NCBI GenBank assembly: GCA_964529745.1
Contig: CAZGZR010000001.1
Span: forward strand, 5,590-69,589
DNA length: 64,000 bases
Origin: an uncultured Candidatus Bathyarchaeia archaeon
GTDB taxonomy: Archaea > Thermoproteota > Bathyarchaeia > TCS64
Direction of reading: 5' to 3'
Under the pieces are notes generated by a model that was not told the origin of the DNA, ran no database searches, and saw only the letters and a program-made list of their open reading frames with translations. Below are positions 27,626-37,198 of the stretch, piece after piece. A program made the position numbers and the translations under genes. Positions within the stretch are counted from its first letter, which is position 1. The number at the start of each line of letters is the position of its first letter.

Positions 27626-28192
27626 TCATCGCTCATCCGATATGTACCTCTCGTAGAGCGATCTCATGCGTTGATGCGTGTATACTAATACCATCTCCAC
27701 GTTACCGGAGGCGTCCGAAGACACCGTCTCGAAGCCGAGCCTGCCCCACATCTGTGTCAGGGGCCTCCCCTTTTCGTCCAGTTCCTCGGTCGTTTGCCTC
27801 GTCCTCCTGTAACCCCGATGGTAAGAATGGAGTATCTCCAACGCGAATAGGGTGCTGCCCACCCTCTTCCCCTCGATGAGGGTGGCCGTGGTGTCGGAGA
27901 AGAACGTGTCCTCTTCCTCGTCGTCGTAGCCGTAGTCGAAGGCCACGGCTCTCCCGTCGAGGCTCACCAACAGGCATAGAAACCCCTTCTTCCCGGTTCT
28001 CGTGTCGAGTTCGTCGCGGCTGTACCGTAGCTCCTGCCTGAATTTCTCGTGGTCGATGGCCTGGATGGCCGTCTTCAGGTCTTCATCGAGTTCACGGTGG
28101 ACCGAGATCACGCAACATCCCTCAAGTACCCTGCTCAGCCTCTTCTCGGCCTCTCTCACCAGCTCGGGAAAAGGGGGAACCGTCTGCGTCAT
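27626..28192 (-). CDS. GNAT family N-acetyltransferase (putative)
   Basis: 188 aa. IEGKRVGSTLFALEILH resembles the acetyl-CoA-binding motif A (R/Q-x-x-G-x-G/A). Confidence 0.45.
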   Translation of the reverse strand: MTQTVPPFPELVREAEKRLSRVLEGCCVISVHRELDEDLKTAIQAIDHEKFRQELRYSRDELDTRTGKKGFLCLLVSLDGRAVAFDYGYDDEEEDTFFSDTTATLIEGKRVGSTLFALEILHSYHRGYRRTRQTTEELDEKGRPLTQMWGRLGFETVSSDASGNVEMVLVYTHQRMRSLYERYISDER

Positions 28193-28357
28193 AGGGGAAA
28201 CTAAGAAGAAATATCATCAGACATAAAAAATGATTCTTTGCCGTCTAGCTCGATCACTACAGGGGTTTGAAGTGAGGAGGGTTCTATACGCCTACCTACG
28301 CCACCTAGGCACAAGGGAATTAATACCGGATCAACAAGGTAAGCATGGGGTTTTGAT

Positions 28358-30082
28358 TTGCCTAGTTTCGATCTGCTTATCAAGAACGGCACGGTTATCG
28401 ATGGCTCCGGGTCGGCGATGTCTAAGGGCGGTGTCGGTGTCTCCGGGGGCAGGATCGTGGAGACGGGTGACCTCGCGGGTGAGGACGGTGCCACGGTCCT
28501 CGACGCGACGGGTAGGTACGTCGCTCCGGGTTTCATCGACAACCACGCCCACTCGGACTGGACCATCCTAGTCCACCCCACAGGCGACAGCAAGGTGATG
28601 CAGGGCGTTACCACCGAGCTGGGAGGGCTATGCGGCTACGCTGCGGCGCCCATCGACCGCGACGAGTGGTGGAAGCTGCTGTACGTCAGGATGACGGTGG
28701 GGTGGAGCATGCACTACTCGGCCGCCGCCTACAACTCGTGGCCCCTCCCCTACGGCAGGCAGATCGACGTCGATTGGTCGTCCCTAGGCGAGTACCTGGA
28801 TAGGTTGGAGAAGACTGGGCTGGGGCTCAACTACGGGATGCTGTTCGGCCACGGGGCCGTCAGGTACTACGTCATGGGGCTGGAGGCCAGGAGGGCTGAG
28901 AGGCGTGAGCTGGACGACATGAAGGAGGTGGCCAGGCAGGCCATGGAGGACGGCGGCTTCGGCATGTCCGCGGGGCTGTCCGGGTGCCCGGGGTGCTGGG
29001 CCGACACCGGTGAGCTCGTGGAGCTGTGTAGGGTCGTGGCGGGCTACGGCGGCGTCTACATGCCTCACATGAGGAACTCGTACCTCAGGTCGTCGGTCGA
29101 GGAGACCATCGAGATCGCCGAGGGGTCGGGTGTGCGCACCTGCATGTCCCACACCCGCCTCAACCCCGAGACGAGGAGGCTGGTGGACGAGGCGAGGGCG
29201 AGGGGCGTCGATATATCGTTTGACATGTACCCGTATCCGGGGTCCATCGCGGGGAACATAGTCTACATGCTCCCCCACTGGCTCAGCAGGCGCAGGGAGG
29301 AGGGCTTCGAGTGGATAGTGGAGCGGTTCAGGGACCCCGAGGTCCGCAGAAGGTTCGTCGAGGAGGATTACCCCGAGTGGCGCAGCATACAGGCCAGCGT
29401 GCCGGGTAAGCCACGGCATCAATGGGACGCGGAGGAGCTGGAGCCGTCGTGGTCCAAGATGCAGGTCCAGCAGGTGTGGACGGCCGACAACAAGAGGTAC
29501 GTCGGCATGACGTTCAGCGAGATCGCGGAGAGCAGGGGTGTGGACCCTTGGACGGCCTGGTTCGACATGATGGTGGAGGAGGGAGGCTACCTCAGGTGGC
29601 TCAACTTCAGGGGCACGTCCTACGAAGACATGTACAGTCCCATCTTCGCCGAGCAGCTGAAGGTGCCATACGTCTCCATCGAGTCCGACGCCCCCATCGA
29701 GTCGCCCCGAGGCGTCACGGCCACCTCGGCCGACCCCCGGGCCTACGGCACGTTCCCTCTGGTCCTAGGAGAGTACGTGAGGGAGAGGGGGCTCCTGTCG
29801 TGGGAGGACGCCGTCATGAAGATGACGAGTAACCCTGCAGCGACGATGGGCCTCACAGACAGGGGGCTCCTCAGGGAGGGTTACTGGGCCGACATAGTCA
29901 TCTTCGACCCGGCGACGATCTCCCACAGAGCCAACTTCCGTAACTGCTTTGAGCTCTCACAGGGCATCAACCACGACGTGTACCCCGTCGGCATTGACTA
30001 CACGATAGTCAACGGCGTCATCGTCGTAGAGAAGGGGATGTTAACCGGAGAAAGGCCGGGGCATGTGTTAAGGCACAGATAA
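28358..30082 (+). CDS. N-acyl-D-amino-acid deacylase (D-aminoacylase) family amidohydrolase
   Basis: 574 aa. N-terminus LLIKNGTVIDGSG...APGFIDNHAHSD, with the amidohydrolase HxH motif. Confidence 0.8.
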   Translation: MPSFDLLIKNGTVIDGSGSAMSKGGVGVSGGRIVETGDLAGEDGATVLDATGRYVAPGFIDNHAHSDWTILVHPTGDSKVMQGVTTELGGLCGYAAAPIDRDEWWKLLYVRMTVGWSMHYSAAAYNSWPLPYGRQIDVDWSSLGEYLDRLEKTGLGLNYGMLFGHGAVRYYVMGLEARRAERRELDDMKEVARQAMEDGGFGMSAGLSGCPGCWADTGELVELCRVVAGYGGVYMPHMRNSYLRSSVEETIEIAEGSGVRTCMSHTRLNPETRRLVDEARARGVDISFDMYPYPGSIAGNIVYMLPHWLSRRREEGFEWIVERFRDPEVRRRFVEEDYPEWRSIQASVPGKPRHQWDAEELEPSWSKMQVQQVWTADNKRYVGMTFSEIAESRGVDPWTAWFDMMVEEGGYLRWLNFRGTSYEDMYSPIFAEQLKVPYVSIESDAPIESPRGVTATSADPRAYGTFPLVLGEYVRERGLLSWEDAVMKMTSNPAATMGLTDRGLLREGYWADIVIFDPATISHRANFRNCFELSQGINHDVYPVGIDYTIVNGVIVVEKGMLTGERPGHVLRHR

Positions 30083-30216
30083 CGGGGAAAATAGGGGTTT
30101 TATTTATTCTCCCTTTAATATGATGCATGAGGTGGCTCCAGTTTGCCTGGATTTCTCAGCTACGGGTACGTTGTTAACGATGACATACTCTATACCTTTC
30201 GGCTTTACCCTGCGGA

Positions 30217-30638
30217 TTAGAATAAGTAGTGTACCAACAGATCGAGTCTGCCACGCTTTATCAGGTGCATCCCAGAGTGCCTCATGACCTCCCTTATCCT
30301 GGCTCTCATTGATGGCTCGTAGCAGTGGATGTGACAGTTTTTGCAGGAAGGCTTGGGGTCCAAGGGGCAGCGTTCCCGTCTCTCTGTGGCATAGGAGAGA
30401 AGCTCAGCGCATTCTGGGCACAGCCCCAAGGTCGAGCCATCCTCGTGGCTCGTTCCTTGAGCGCCCTATGTTTGGTTTCGCAGTAGATCCTGATGAACCG
30501 GTTTAGGGTCTCTATGTCCTTGCTTAATGCGCTTCGATCCATGGCTATTCGGGTTGAGGGGCGGGTGATAAAATTGTTCACAGGGGACCTCGGTGGCTCT
30601 GTCGCTTCATGTGTGACTTTGTGGAGAGGAGGTCGCAA
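30217..30638 (-). pseudogene. nitrous-oxide-stimulated-promoter (YgbA) family gene split by a frameshift
   Basis: The N-terminal piece (...IETLNRFIRIYCETKH) is in the frame of ORF 30306-30638. The C-terminal piece (GLCPECAELLSYATERRERCPLDPKPSCKNCHIHCYEPSMRARIREVMRHSGMHLIKRG) is in the frame of ORF 30217-30429. The frame switch is at about 30440-30470. Confidence 0.45.
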
Positions 30639-30845
30639 TAGATTCAGGAGAGATTGCTATCTATTTCGGTGTCTGCCTCTCCTTGTGGGAGGGCTGTATC
30701 ATTGTTTATAAAGTTGAGGTAAACCGGTTCACTCGGCTTAGCTATGTACGCTATATGGGGCGTGCCGTGTCTATGACATGGTACCTAATTTTATTCATAT
30801 TGAGGAACATAACACTCATAAACTGTTTGTACGGTAATGTACAGT

Positions 30846-31022
30846 ATGCCTAGGAAGGGATTCAGGTCTATAACGGTACGAGAAGAGATCTACGACGAAC
30901 TCATGCAGCAGTACACGGAGAACAGGGAGGAGCTTCTCAAGCAGGGGATCACCAGCTTCTCAGGCTACGTGACGAGGTTCCTCTACGACGCCTTGGAACG
31001 GGTCGCCGAACAGACTAACTGA
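30846..31022 (+). CDS. small ribbon-helix-helix-like protein (hypothetical)
   Basis: MPRKGFRSITVREEIYDELMQ resembles a CopG/RHH N-terminal strand-helix. Confidence 0.3.
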   Translation: MPRKGFRSITVREEIYDELMQQYTENREELLKQGITSFSGYVTRFLYDALERVAEQTN

Positions 31023-31164
31023 CAGCCTCCTCTATCTGGTCTATATTTTCGCGGTGGAGGCGGGCTGAGACGGCTTTAGCCAAGACCATCACTCAGTATG
31101 TATCTGTTCTACGCTGGACATGAAAAGGATAGACATAGTTTACGTACGCGTGCCTTTATCAGAT

Positions 31165-31608
31165 TTATATGAGTCTCAATATGTCTGATTCCTTCGCCTT
31201 CTCGTAGAACTTTCTGTCTGATGTGTAGACTTCGATTCCCATTAGTTCACCGAGGGCGAGGTAGCATGAGTCGTAGACCGTTGTATCGTAGAGGTACGCG
31301 TCTTCGATGGATTGTTGGAGGAGTTCTCTCCCAGGGTTTATCAGGTCGATCTGTAGGTCGATGAGGTCGGACAGGGCTTGCGCTGCTTTCTCGTCGTCGA
31401 AGTCTGGCTTGTATCTGAGGGCGTTCGCCAGCTCGTAGAGGAGGAGATCGGGGGCCGATAGAATGGTGGTTCCTTCTATGTGTTCCTCTCTCAGTTTTAG
31501 GGCGGCTTGGGTTCCTTCTTCCTCGGAGAGCCACTTGACGGCGACGGAGGCGTCTACTACCGCTTCCGTTTGTCTCGCCATCTCCGTATCTCCTCGGCTC
31601 CGGACCAC
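31165..31608 (-). CDS. vapC: PIN-domain ribonuclease toxin VapC
   Basis: AVVDASVAVKWL, the PIN N-terminal acidic motif. Partner antitoxin immediately upstream, overlapping. Confidence 0.7.
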   Translation of the reverse strand: MVRSRGDTEMARQTEAVVDASVAVKWLSEEEGTQAALKLREEHIEGTTILSAPDLLLYELANALRYKPDFDDEKAAQALSDLIDLQIDLINPGRELLQQSIEDAYLYDTTVYDSCYLALGELMGIEVYTSDRKFYEKAKESDILRLI

Positions 31609-31823
31609 TTAATCTCGCTTTTGTTTCTAAGCGCGTCCATGTCTTCGGCTGCCTTTCGCATGCGTTCTTCGTCTCTTTGTCTTGTCTGTCTCTTTGAGGC
31701 TACCCAGAGCCTGAAGGCTTCGGTCGCGGCTTCGCTTACCTTCATTCCGTGGCGAATGGCTTCGGCCTTGAGGTTTCTGTAGGCATTCTCGTCTAGGCCC
31801 TTGATGCTGACGCTCATACGCAT
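31557..31823 (-). CDS. vapB: VapB-type antitoxin (RHH/Arc-like)
   Basis: MSVSIKGLDENAYRNLKAEAIRHGMKVSEAATEAFRLWV, a ribbon-helix-helix fold. Overlaps the vapC start. Confidence 0.65.
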   Translation of the reverse strand: MRMSVSIKGLDENAYRNLKAEAIRHGMKVSEAATEAFRLWVASKRQTRQRDEERMRKAAEDMDALRNKSEIKWSGAEEIRRWRDKRKR

Positions 31824-32188
31824 TTTCCTAGGTTTCCATAATTATATACTTTTCTAACTTTTCCATCTCTTAATATACAAAGAGAGCCTAAAGCATCCCG
31901 AGCAGCGGGCTCTAGCTTCTATGTTTACTGTGTCTTAGGACGAGTCTTTCAACTAGCTCGCTGACTGTTAGCCCCTCTTTCTCGGCTTCTTGCTCTAGCC
32001 TCCGGTATGTGTCTTCTCGCACCCAGATCCGAGGCAAGCTTGGCCACCCGGTCTTGGATAGTGTTAGTGTCATTTAAAGGAGGCGTATGTACCGGTACCT
32101 AGGAGAGATATGAAAATGCCGTACAGATTAGCTTAAAGGCAGGTAAGGTGTCTCGGTAAGCCTTGAACGCCGGTGTTTTAGGAATTTC

Positions 32189-33397
32189 TTAGATTATACC
32201 CGGTTTCTGGTGGATTTCTTTCATCGCCGAGGCTACCTGGGCGGCGAGGACTTCTAAGAGGTAGTGGTCGAATACGGTGAAGGCGTCGAGCTCGAGGCTC
32301 TCTATGTTCAGCACGGCCACGGTCTCCTCCTCCACGGTCACGGGGACGGACAGCTCCGAGAGGGAGTCCGTTGAGCCCTTCATGAAGCCAGGGTCCAGCC
32401 TTGTGTCCGGGACGTACTGGGTTTCCCCCTTCTTTGCGGCCTTCACAGTGATGCCTGCCCCGCTCAGAGGCATCTCTCTGACGTTGTCAAGAAGGGGGGC
32501 TCCCCTCGTGCCGAGGGTTTGGAGGGTGGAGCCCCGGACCGCGTGGAACGAGGCGTACGTGAAGCCGAGGATCTTCTCCATGATATCCAGGGTGGTCTCG
32601 CCGATCTCCTCGACGTTCTCGGCGGTCTTCAGGAGGGTGGCGTGGTCGTGCAGGGCCTGCAGCAGGTTCTCTTTCTTCACCCTGTCCGTAATGTCTCGCA
32701 CGAAGGCGAGGAGGGCGGGTTCCCCGTGGTATCTGATGAAGCTTATGGACGCCTCGAACCTTCTGTCGAGCCTCTCGCCGAAGCCGTACAGGTAGTCGTA
32801 CGTGTAGGGGTGGCGACCCTCCCGTTCCCTGGCTTCTATGCTCTCGAATATCTTTTGCTCCGCCGGGTCCAGGAAGTCCACGGCGGAGGCCCCGATGATC
32901 TCTGATCTGTCTTCTACGTCGAAGATGTGGAGGGCGGCTGGGTTGACGTACTCGATGGTGCCGTCGACTATGATGAGTATGGCGTCGCGGCTGTTCTCCA
33001 CGATGTCCTTGTAGAGTCTGCGCTGCCAGCGGATCTCCACGGCGTCCTCCATGGTCCTGGCGAGGATGTTGAAGTGGTCTATGCCTCTTTCTCTTCTGAC
33101 CACGGAGTCTACTCCGCTCTGGTATGCCTGTTCCACCAGCTCCTCGTCTATTCGCGAGGTGTAGAGGATGAAGGGCGTGTCTCGGGTCTTCTTTACCTCC
33201 TCTCCCAGGAGTATGCCGTCGGTGTCGGGGAGAGCGTACTCAGAGACGACGCAATCGTAGTCGTCTGAGCCTAGTCTCTCTAGGGCCGTTTCTCTTGAGG
33301 ACGCCAGCTCGGTCTCTATCTGGGGGTCTATTATGTTGAGGTTTATTTTTATGAATCTCAGTGCCTCGTGGTCGCTACCTACTAGTAGTGCCTTCAC
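32189..33397 (-). CDS. response-regulator receiver domain protein with PAS and GAF domains
   Basis: 402 aa. N-terminal REC (DCVVSEYALPDTDG; phospho-acceptor Asp context). Central PAS. C-terminal GAF. Confidence 0.75.
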   Translation of the reverse strand: MKALLVGSDHEALRFIKINLNIIDPQIETELASSRETALERLGSDDYDCVVSEYALPDTDGILLGEEVKKTRDTPFILYTSRIDEELVEQAYQSGVDSVVRRERGIDHFNILARTMEDAVEIRWQRRLYKDIVENSRDAILIIVDGTIEYVNPAALHIFDVEDRSEIIGASAVDFLDPAEQKIFESIEAREREGRHPYTYDYLYGFGERLDRRFEASISFIRYHGEPALLAFVRDITDRVKKENLLQALHDHATLLKTAENVEEIGETTLDIMEKILGFTYASFHAVRGSTLQTLGTRGAPLLDNVREMPLSGAGITVKAAKKGETQYVPDTRLDPGFMKGSTDSLSELSVPVTVEEETVAVLNIESLELDAFTVFDHYLLEVLAAQVASAMKEIHQKPGII

Positions 33398-33545
33398 CTC
33401 GCGCTCACCGCCGCAGGCTATGAGTTGTACTGGTTTTACTCTCGTAATAATGTTTTTAATTTTAGTAAACCTGAGCGCCGAGAATCATTTTTTATTCTTC
33501 GTATTCGACAGGTTTTTTAATTAAAAACTGTAGATAATTAGTTCT

Positions 33546-33911
33546 ATGCCGCTTGAACTCGACACGGGGAGAGATCACTTGGAGATGTTCTTCAAGGACT
33601 GGCAGGTGGAGGCTCTACGCTACCTCTGGAGCATAAGACCTGGTGACGCCAACAGCAGGGCAGTCTGGGAAAACGTTAACCAGAGCTTCCAGGGCAGCAT
33701 CAGCAGGGCCAGCGTAATCAACTTCCTCAATGCTATGGTGGATGAAGGTCTGCTTACCTATACGGAGAGAACGGGCAAAGGCGGGCATCGAAGATTGTAC
33801 ACCATAGCTTTCGACGAGCAGGGATTCAAGACTCATGTTGCAGGACTCTTGATCAAAAAGTTGATCGAGGAATTCCCACAGGAAACCAGGAAAGTAATCC
33901 AAAGTATATAA
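33546..33911 (+). CDS. winged-helix DNA-binding protein (hypothetical regulator)
   Basis: 121 aa. ISRASVINFLNAMVDEGLLTYTERTGKGGHRRLYTI has the look of a wHTH recognition helix and wing. Confidence 0.4.
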   Translation: MPLELDTGRDHLEMFFKDWQVEALRYLWSIRPGDANSRAVWENVNQSFQGSISRASVINFLNAMVDEGLLTYTERTGKGGHRRLYTIAFDEQGFKTHVAGLLIKKLIEEFPQETRKVIQSI

Positions 33912-34076
33912 ACTAAAAATAGCCACAGCCTCTCTAATTATTTCTGTAGAGAAGACGCTTTAGATCGGCGTCCACACACAATATTACATTTAAATCTCTC
34001 TGAATCCTAGAAAATTAGGGATCATACACTCTCACCCAGTTGGGCACTGTTCGGCGCCTCCTTATGTTAATTCTTC

Positions 34077-34088
34077 AGCTTTATTATT
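34077..34088 (+). promoter_or_regulatory. TATA-like element AGCTTTATTATT about 25-30 nt upstream of the MEDLRG ATG (leaderless transcript likely)
   Basis: The same element occurs at the same spacing upstream of the paralog at 37166-37177. Confidence 0.4.
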
Positions 34089-34109
34089 CAAGATACCATG
34101 GATGCTATC

Positions 34110-34394
34110 ATGGAGGATCTACGAGGGAAGGCTCTCAAGGCCTATGAGGCGCTCTTCGACAACCAGGAAACCGTTGAGATCGATGGCATGGTCTATCACC
34201 TTGAGCACACTTCGATCCAGGAGCTGCGTAAATTCAGGGTGGAAGGCTATAACTTCATCGAGCAGAATCCGGACAAGGGCAGCAGGTGGGGTGAGTTGGC
34301 GAAAGAGGGGCACCAGATTATGTGGGTGATGAGAGGCAGAAAGTATCTCGCCCAGGTACGTGATGGTGAGTTCTTTGATTTCAGGAAACAATAG
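34110..34394 (+). CDS. small conserved hypothetical protein, duplicated family (copy 1)
   Basis: MEDLRGKALKAYEALF...VEIDGMVYHLEHTS...FIEQNPDKGSRWGELAKEGHQIMWVMRGRKYLAQVRDGEFFDF. About 70% identical to 37199-37486. Start chosen at the second ATG because of TATA spacing and paralog alignment. Confidence 0.5.
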   Translation: MEDLRGKALKAYEALFDNQETVEIDGMVYHLEHTSIQELRKFRVEGYNFIEQNPDKGSRWGELAKEGHQIMWVMRGRKYLAQVRDGEFFDFRKQ

Positions 34395-34511
34395 AAAGTG
34401 TTTTTTCGAAAATATGCTAATAATGTTAAATTTTAATCTCTAAATTTTACTAAGAAATCGTAATCAGGCTAATTACCGGTCTGAAAATCCTTTTTAAATA
34501 TAAAGGGGTGT

Positions 34512-35165
34512 TTATTTTGAGAACTTTTTTTCTATTATGTATATTTTATCTGATTGACGATCTATTTGCTTCGAATTAACGTATAGATAAGCGTATATTG
34601 TATATTGGCCTTCAATCTGCGGTATGAAAGTGATTACATCCTTTTCTATACCTACCTTTTGTATGGTTATTTTCTCTTGTCCTAGATTGTTGAAGACCCC
34701 CTCTGGGGTATTTACCCAATAATCAATATTTATTGATGAATTAGGTTTCAAGCCTTTAATGGTTGTCTCAACTTTTATTGATTGACCCACTTCTTGTTTC
34801 GCTTCTCCAAGTATTAGCAGGTTTATGATCTCTGCTGCTTCTTCGCCTACCTTTATTCTTAGTGCCGGTGATTCCCATGAGAATCTCTCATCGTCCATGT
34901 ACCCAAAGATTCTGATGTATAGTCTGGCGGAACCATGTGCTGATATGCTAAAGGGTACGATGATGGTCTCTTTTGGGTCGATGTTTTTTACCCATTTTAG
35001 AGAGTCTTTGACGTTTATGAGCCGTTGGTCTAGTGAGGCTAGTCCAACTTCGAGTGTTTCAATTTCTTTGTTTCCATGGTTTTTGATATTCAGGTTTATC
35101 CGACTCTTTCCCTTTTTTATTTCCATGGGAGCGAGTTTAACGGATATCGGTAATCTTCTCATCAT
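34512..35165 (-). CDS. two-domain beta-rich protein (paralog B), function unknown
   Basis: 217 aa, AT-rich. Aligns over its full length with 35570-36205 (shared ...LY..I.GY.....W.SP...I.VG and ...G.....I.F.P...G...I.AYLY...). Confidence 0.5.
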   Translation of the reverse strand: MMRRLPISVKLAPMEIKKGKSRINLNIKNHGNKEIETLEVGLASLDQRLINVKDSLKWVKNIDPKETIIVPFSISAHGSARLYIRIFGYMDDERFSWESPALRIKVGEEAAEIINLLILGEAKQEVGQSIKVETTIKGLKPNSSINIDYWVNTPEGVFNNLGQEKITIQKVGIEKDVITFIPQIEGQYTIYAYLYVNSKQIDRQSDKIYIIEKKFSK

Positions 35166-35485
35166 CCTTGTTTTTCCACCTTTTTTTCTTGGGTAAGGTT
35201 GAGTGAGTTTGCTATTTTCTCTCTATCGAAGCCTATTATCTTGGTATCGTCTACAACGATTATAGGAAAGGCGATGCTTATCCCTCCTTGGGGGATGTCC
35301 CAGCCGAAGATGCCGGCTGCATCCTGTCTGTGTTCTGGATCGGCTTTATCTATGTCGAGGTACCTGAACTTTACATCCCTTTCTTTTAGGTACGCTTTTG
35401 CTTCATCACAGGCGTGGCAATAGCTCAAAGAGTAAACTGAGATTTCTTTATCGTCTTTTTCTCCATCAACGGTTACCCAGCTCAT
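35162..35485 (-). CDS. glutaredoxin-like protein (CxxC = CHAC)
   Basis: 107 aa. VYSLSYCHACDEAKAYLKERDVKFRYLDID, a thioredoxin-fold Grx/NrdH-like motif. Confidence 0.7.
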   Translation of the reverse strand: MSWVTVDGEKDDKEISVYSLSYCHACDEAKAYLKERDVKFRYLDIDKADPEHRQDAAGIFGWDIPQGGISIAFPIIVVDDTKIIGFDREKIANSLNLTQEKKVEKQG

Positions 35486-35569
35486 ACCAGATTTTAAGAA
35501 GGGTGTTTTAAAAATCTAAAGCCATGGTTTTTATATCTTTAATTTTTTTACCAAAAAAAAATTGGGGAT

Positions 35570-36205
35570 TTATTCTACCCAGATGACGTCGGAGTCGGTT
35601 CCTATGTAACGATGGTCGTCGTAGAGATAGGCGTGGATCTCGTGTCTTCCCGACTCGTTAGGTGTGAACTCTATGGAGCTTTTCTTTACTTCTCCGGGGC
35701 CTAGTTTCTCGATCTTCGTTTCTCCCAGTTTCTCGAAGCTTGACGGTGAGTCGTGCCAGAAGGTTATCAAGAAGTTATCTCCGCCGGTTACCCCCTCCAC
35801 AACGGCTTCTGCTTCGAGGGTTTCTCCGCCGACGGCGTATGGGTGGGTTAGCGCGAATACGTTTCTGAGCTTCGCGGTGGTTATGCCTACGTAGATCTCG
35901 ATGTTCGGTGACGTCCAGAAGAAGTAGATTCCTTCTCGGTAGCCTGATACCGTTACATAGAGCTTTGTGGTTTGGTTTGCGTAGATCTGGAAGGGGAAGA
36001 ATCGTTCGTCTCCGGGTTTGATCTCGGAGGTGTATGTTCCTGTTCCCCAGACGTCGATGAAGGTCTGGTTCCTGGAGTACAGCTTTATGTCTAGTTGGGT
36101 TAGCGTGTCGGTGCTCACGTTTTTTAGGTGTACGGATACCCAGTGTGTTCCTGTCTTGAGTTCACTTGGGGTGATGTCAAATTCGAAGGGTCTCTTGATC
36201 CTCAT
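35570..36205 (-). CDS. two-domain beta-rich protein (paralog A), function unknown
   Basis: 211 aa. No signal peptide. Paralog of 34512-35165. Confidence 0.5.
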   Translation of the reverse strand: MRIKRPFEFDITPSELKTGTHWVSVHLKNVSTDTLTQLDIKLYSRNQTFIDVWGTGTYTSEIKPGDERFFPFQIYANQTTKLYVTVSGYREGIYFFWTSPNIEIYVGITTAKLRNVFALTHPYAVGGETLEAEAVVEGVTGGDNFLITFWHDSPSSFEKLGETKIEKLGPGEVKKSSIEFTPNESGRHEIHAYLYDDHRYIGTDSDVIWVE

Positions 36206-36414
36206 TTTTCATCATTTATTTCTGAAATAACATGTTATTTAAACCTGAAAAACGAGTTAAGATGAAATTAATTTTTTACACTATTTTATAATAATATGAT
36301 ATGTGGGCTATGCCTTTAATGGAGATTTTAGAGGTCTCGTGGTGACCTTGGTTGGCTGTGTTCTTGCTCAATAAAGCTTATTTCTACATATGTATATGTA
36401 GATGTAGATGAGTT

Positions 36415-36657
36415 TTGACGTCTAAAACGATATCGGTGTCGGAGGACGCCTACGAGCTCCTCAAGAAGATGAAGCTCAAGGGAGAGAGCTTCACGGAGAC
36501 CATCAGGAGGCTCGCCAGACGCCGTAGGCTCGCTGACTGCGCCGGGCTGTGGTCGGACGCCTCCGAGGAGGAGATGGAGGCTTACTGGGGCGGTATATCC
36601 GAGTTGAGGAGGAGGGCCGCGGAGTCCATGGAGATGCGCCGCGTTGAAGGTAGTTGA
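36415..36657 (+). CDS. vapB: VapB-type antitoxin
   Basis: MTSKTISVSEDAYELLKKMKLKGESFTETIRRL, the UPF0330/VapB antitoxin pattern. Confidence 0.6.
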   Translation: MTSKTISVSEDAYELLKKMKLKGESFTETIRRLARRRRLADCAGLWSDASEEEMEAYWGGISELRRRAAESMEMRRVEGS

Positions 36658-37042
36658 CACGACGTTCCTGGTTTGCCTCCTCCGCGAAGATTCATCGACC
36701 CTCGGCAAGGCTGAGGAGCTGGACGGTGAGGGCGGCGCCGCCACTACCGTCGTAAACGTCTATGAGGCATGTTATGGGGTTTACAGGGCCATGTCGGATC
36801 CGCCGAGGAGGATGGAGGCCTTAGAGCGTCTCGTCGCGAACTTGGAGGTGTTGGATCTGGACTATGAGGCCGCTGTGAGGGCCGCCGAGATATCGGGGAC
36901 GCTGGACAAGGAGGGGAGGGGGATCGATCCCTTCGACTCGCTCATCGCGGGGATCGCGCTCACCAGCGGAGCCGAGGCTCTGGTCACCAGAAACGTTACC
37001 CACTTCGAGAGGGTGCAGGGTCTGAAGGTAGAAGAACATTAA
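36644..37042 (+). CDS. vapC: PIN-domain toxin VapC
   Basis: TTG start. VVDTTFLV N-terminal and FDSLIAGIAL C-terminal PIN motifs. Overlaps vapB by 14 nt. Confidence 0.7.
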   Translation: MKVVDTTFLVCLLREDSSTLGKAEELDGEGGAATTVVNVYEACYGVYRAMSDPPRRMEALERLVANLEVLDLDYEAAVRAAEISGTLDKEGRGIDPFDSLIAGIALTSGAEALVTRNVTHFERVQGLKVEEH

Positions 37043-37165
37043 ACGAAGGCCGCTCATCCATAGCTTTGGCTCCGCCCAGGCATGGTACCCCGTTTCACCT
37101 GGTTTTCTGGGTGATTGTGGGGTGAAAGACTCATAGGCTTTCATTCATCCTTGGAAGAAGTCTTT

Positions 37166-37177
37166 AGCTTTATTATC
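37166..37177 (+). promoter_or_regulatory. TATA-like element AGCTTTATTATC upstream of paralog copy 2
   Basis: Same sequence and spacing as 34077-34088. Confidence 0.4.
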
Positions 37178-37198
37178 CGAGATTCCGTGGATCCTGTT

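Noticed and set aside
28784-29832. Two long ORFs (212 and 136 aa) antisense to, or out of frame with, the D-aminoacylase gene
   Set aside because: Low-complexity Pro/Arg/Gly-rich products. The sense gene is well supported.
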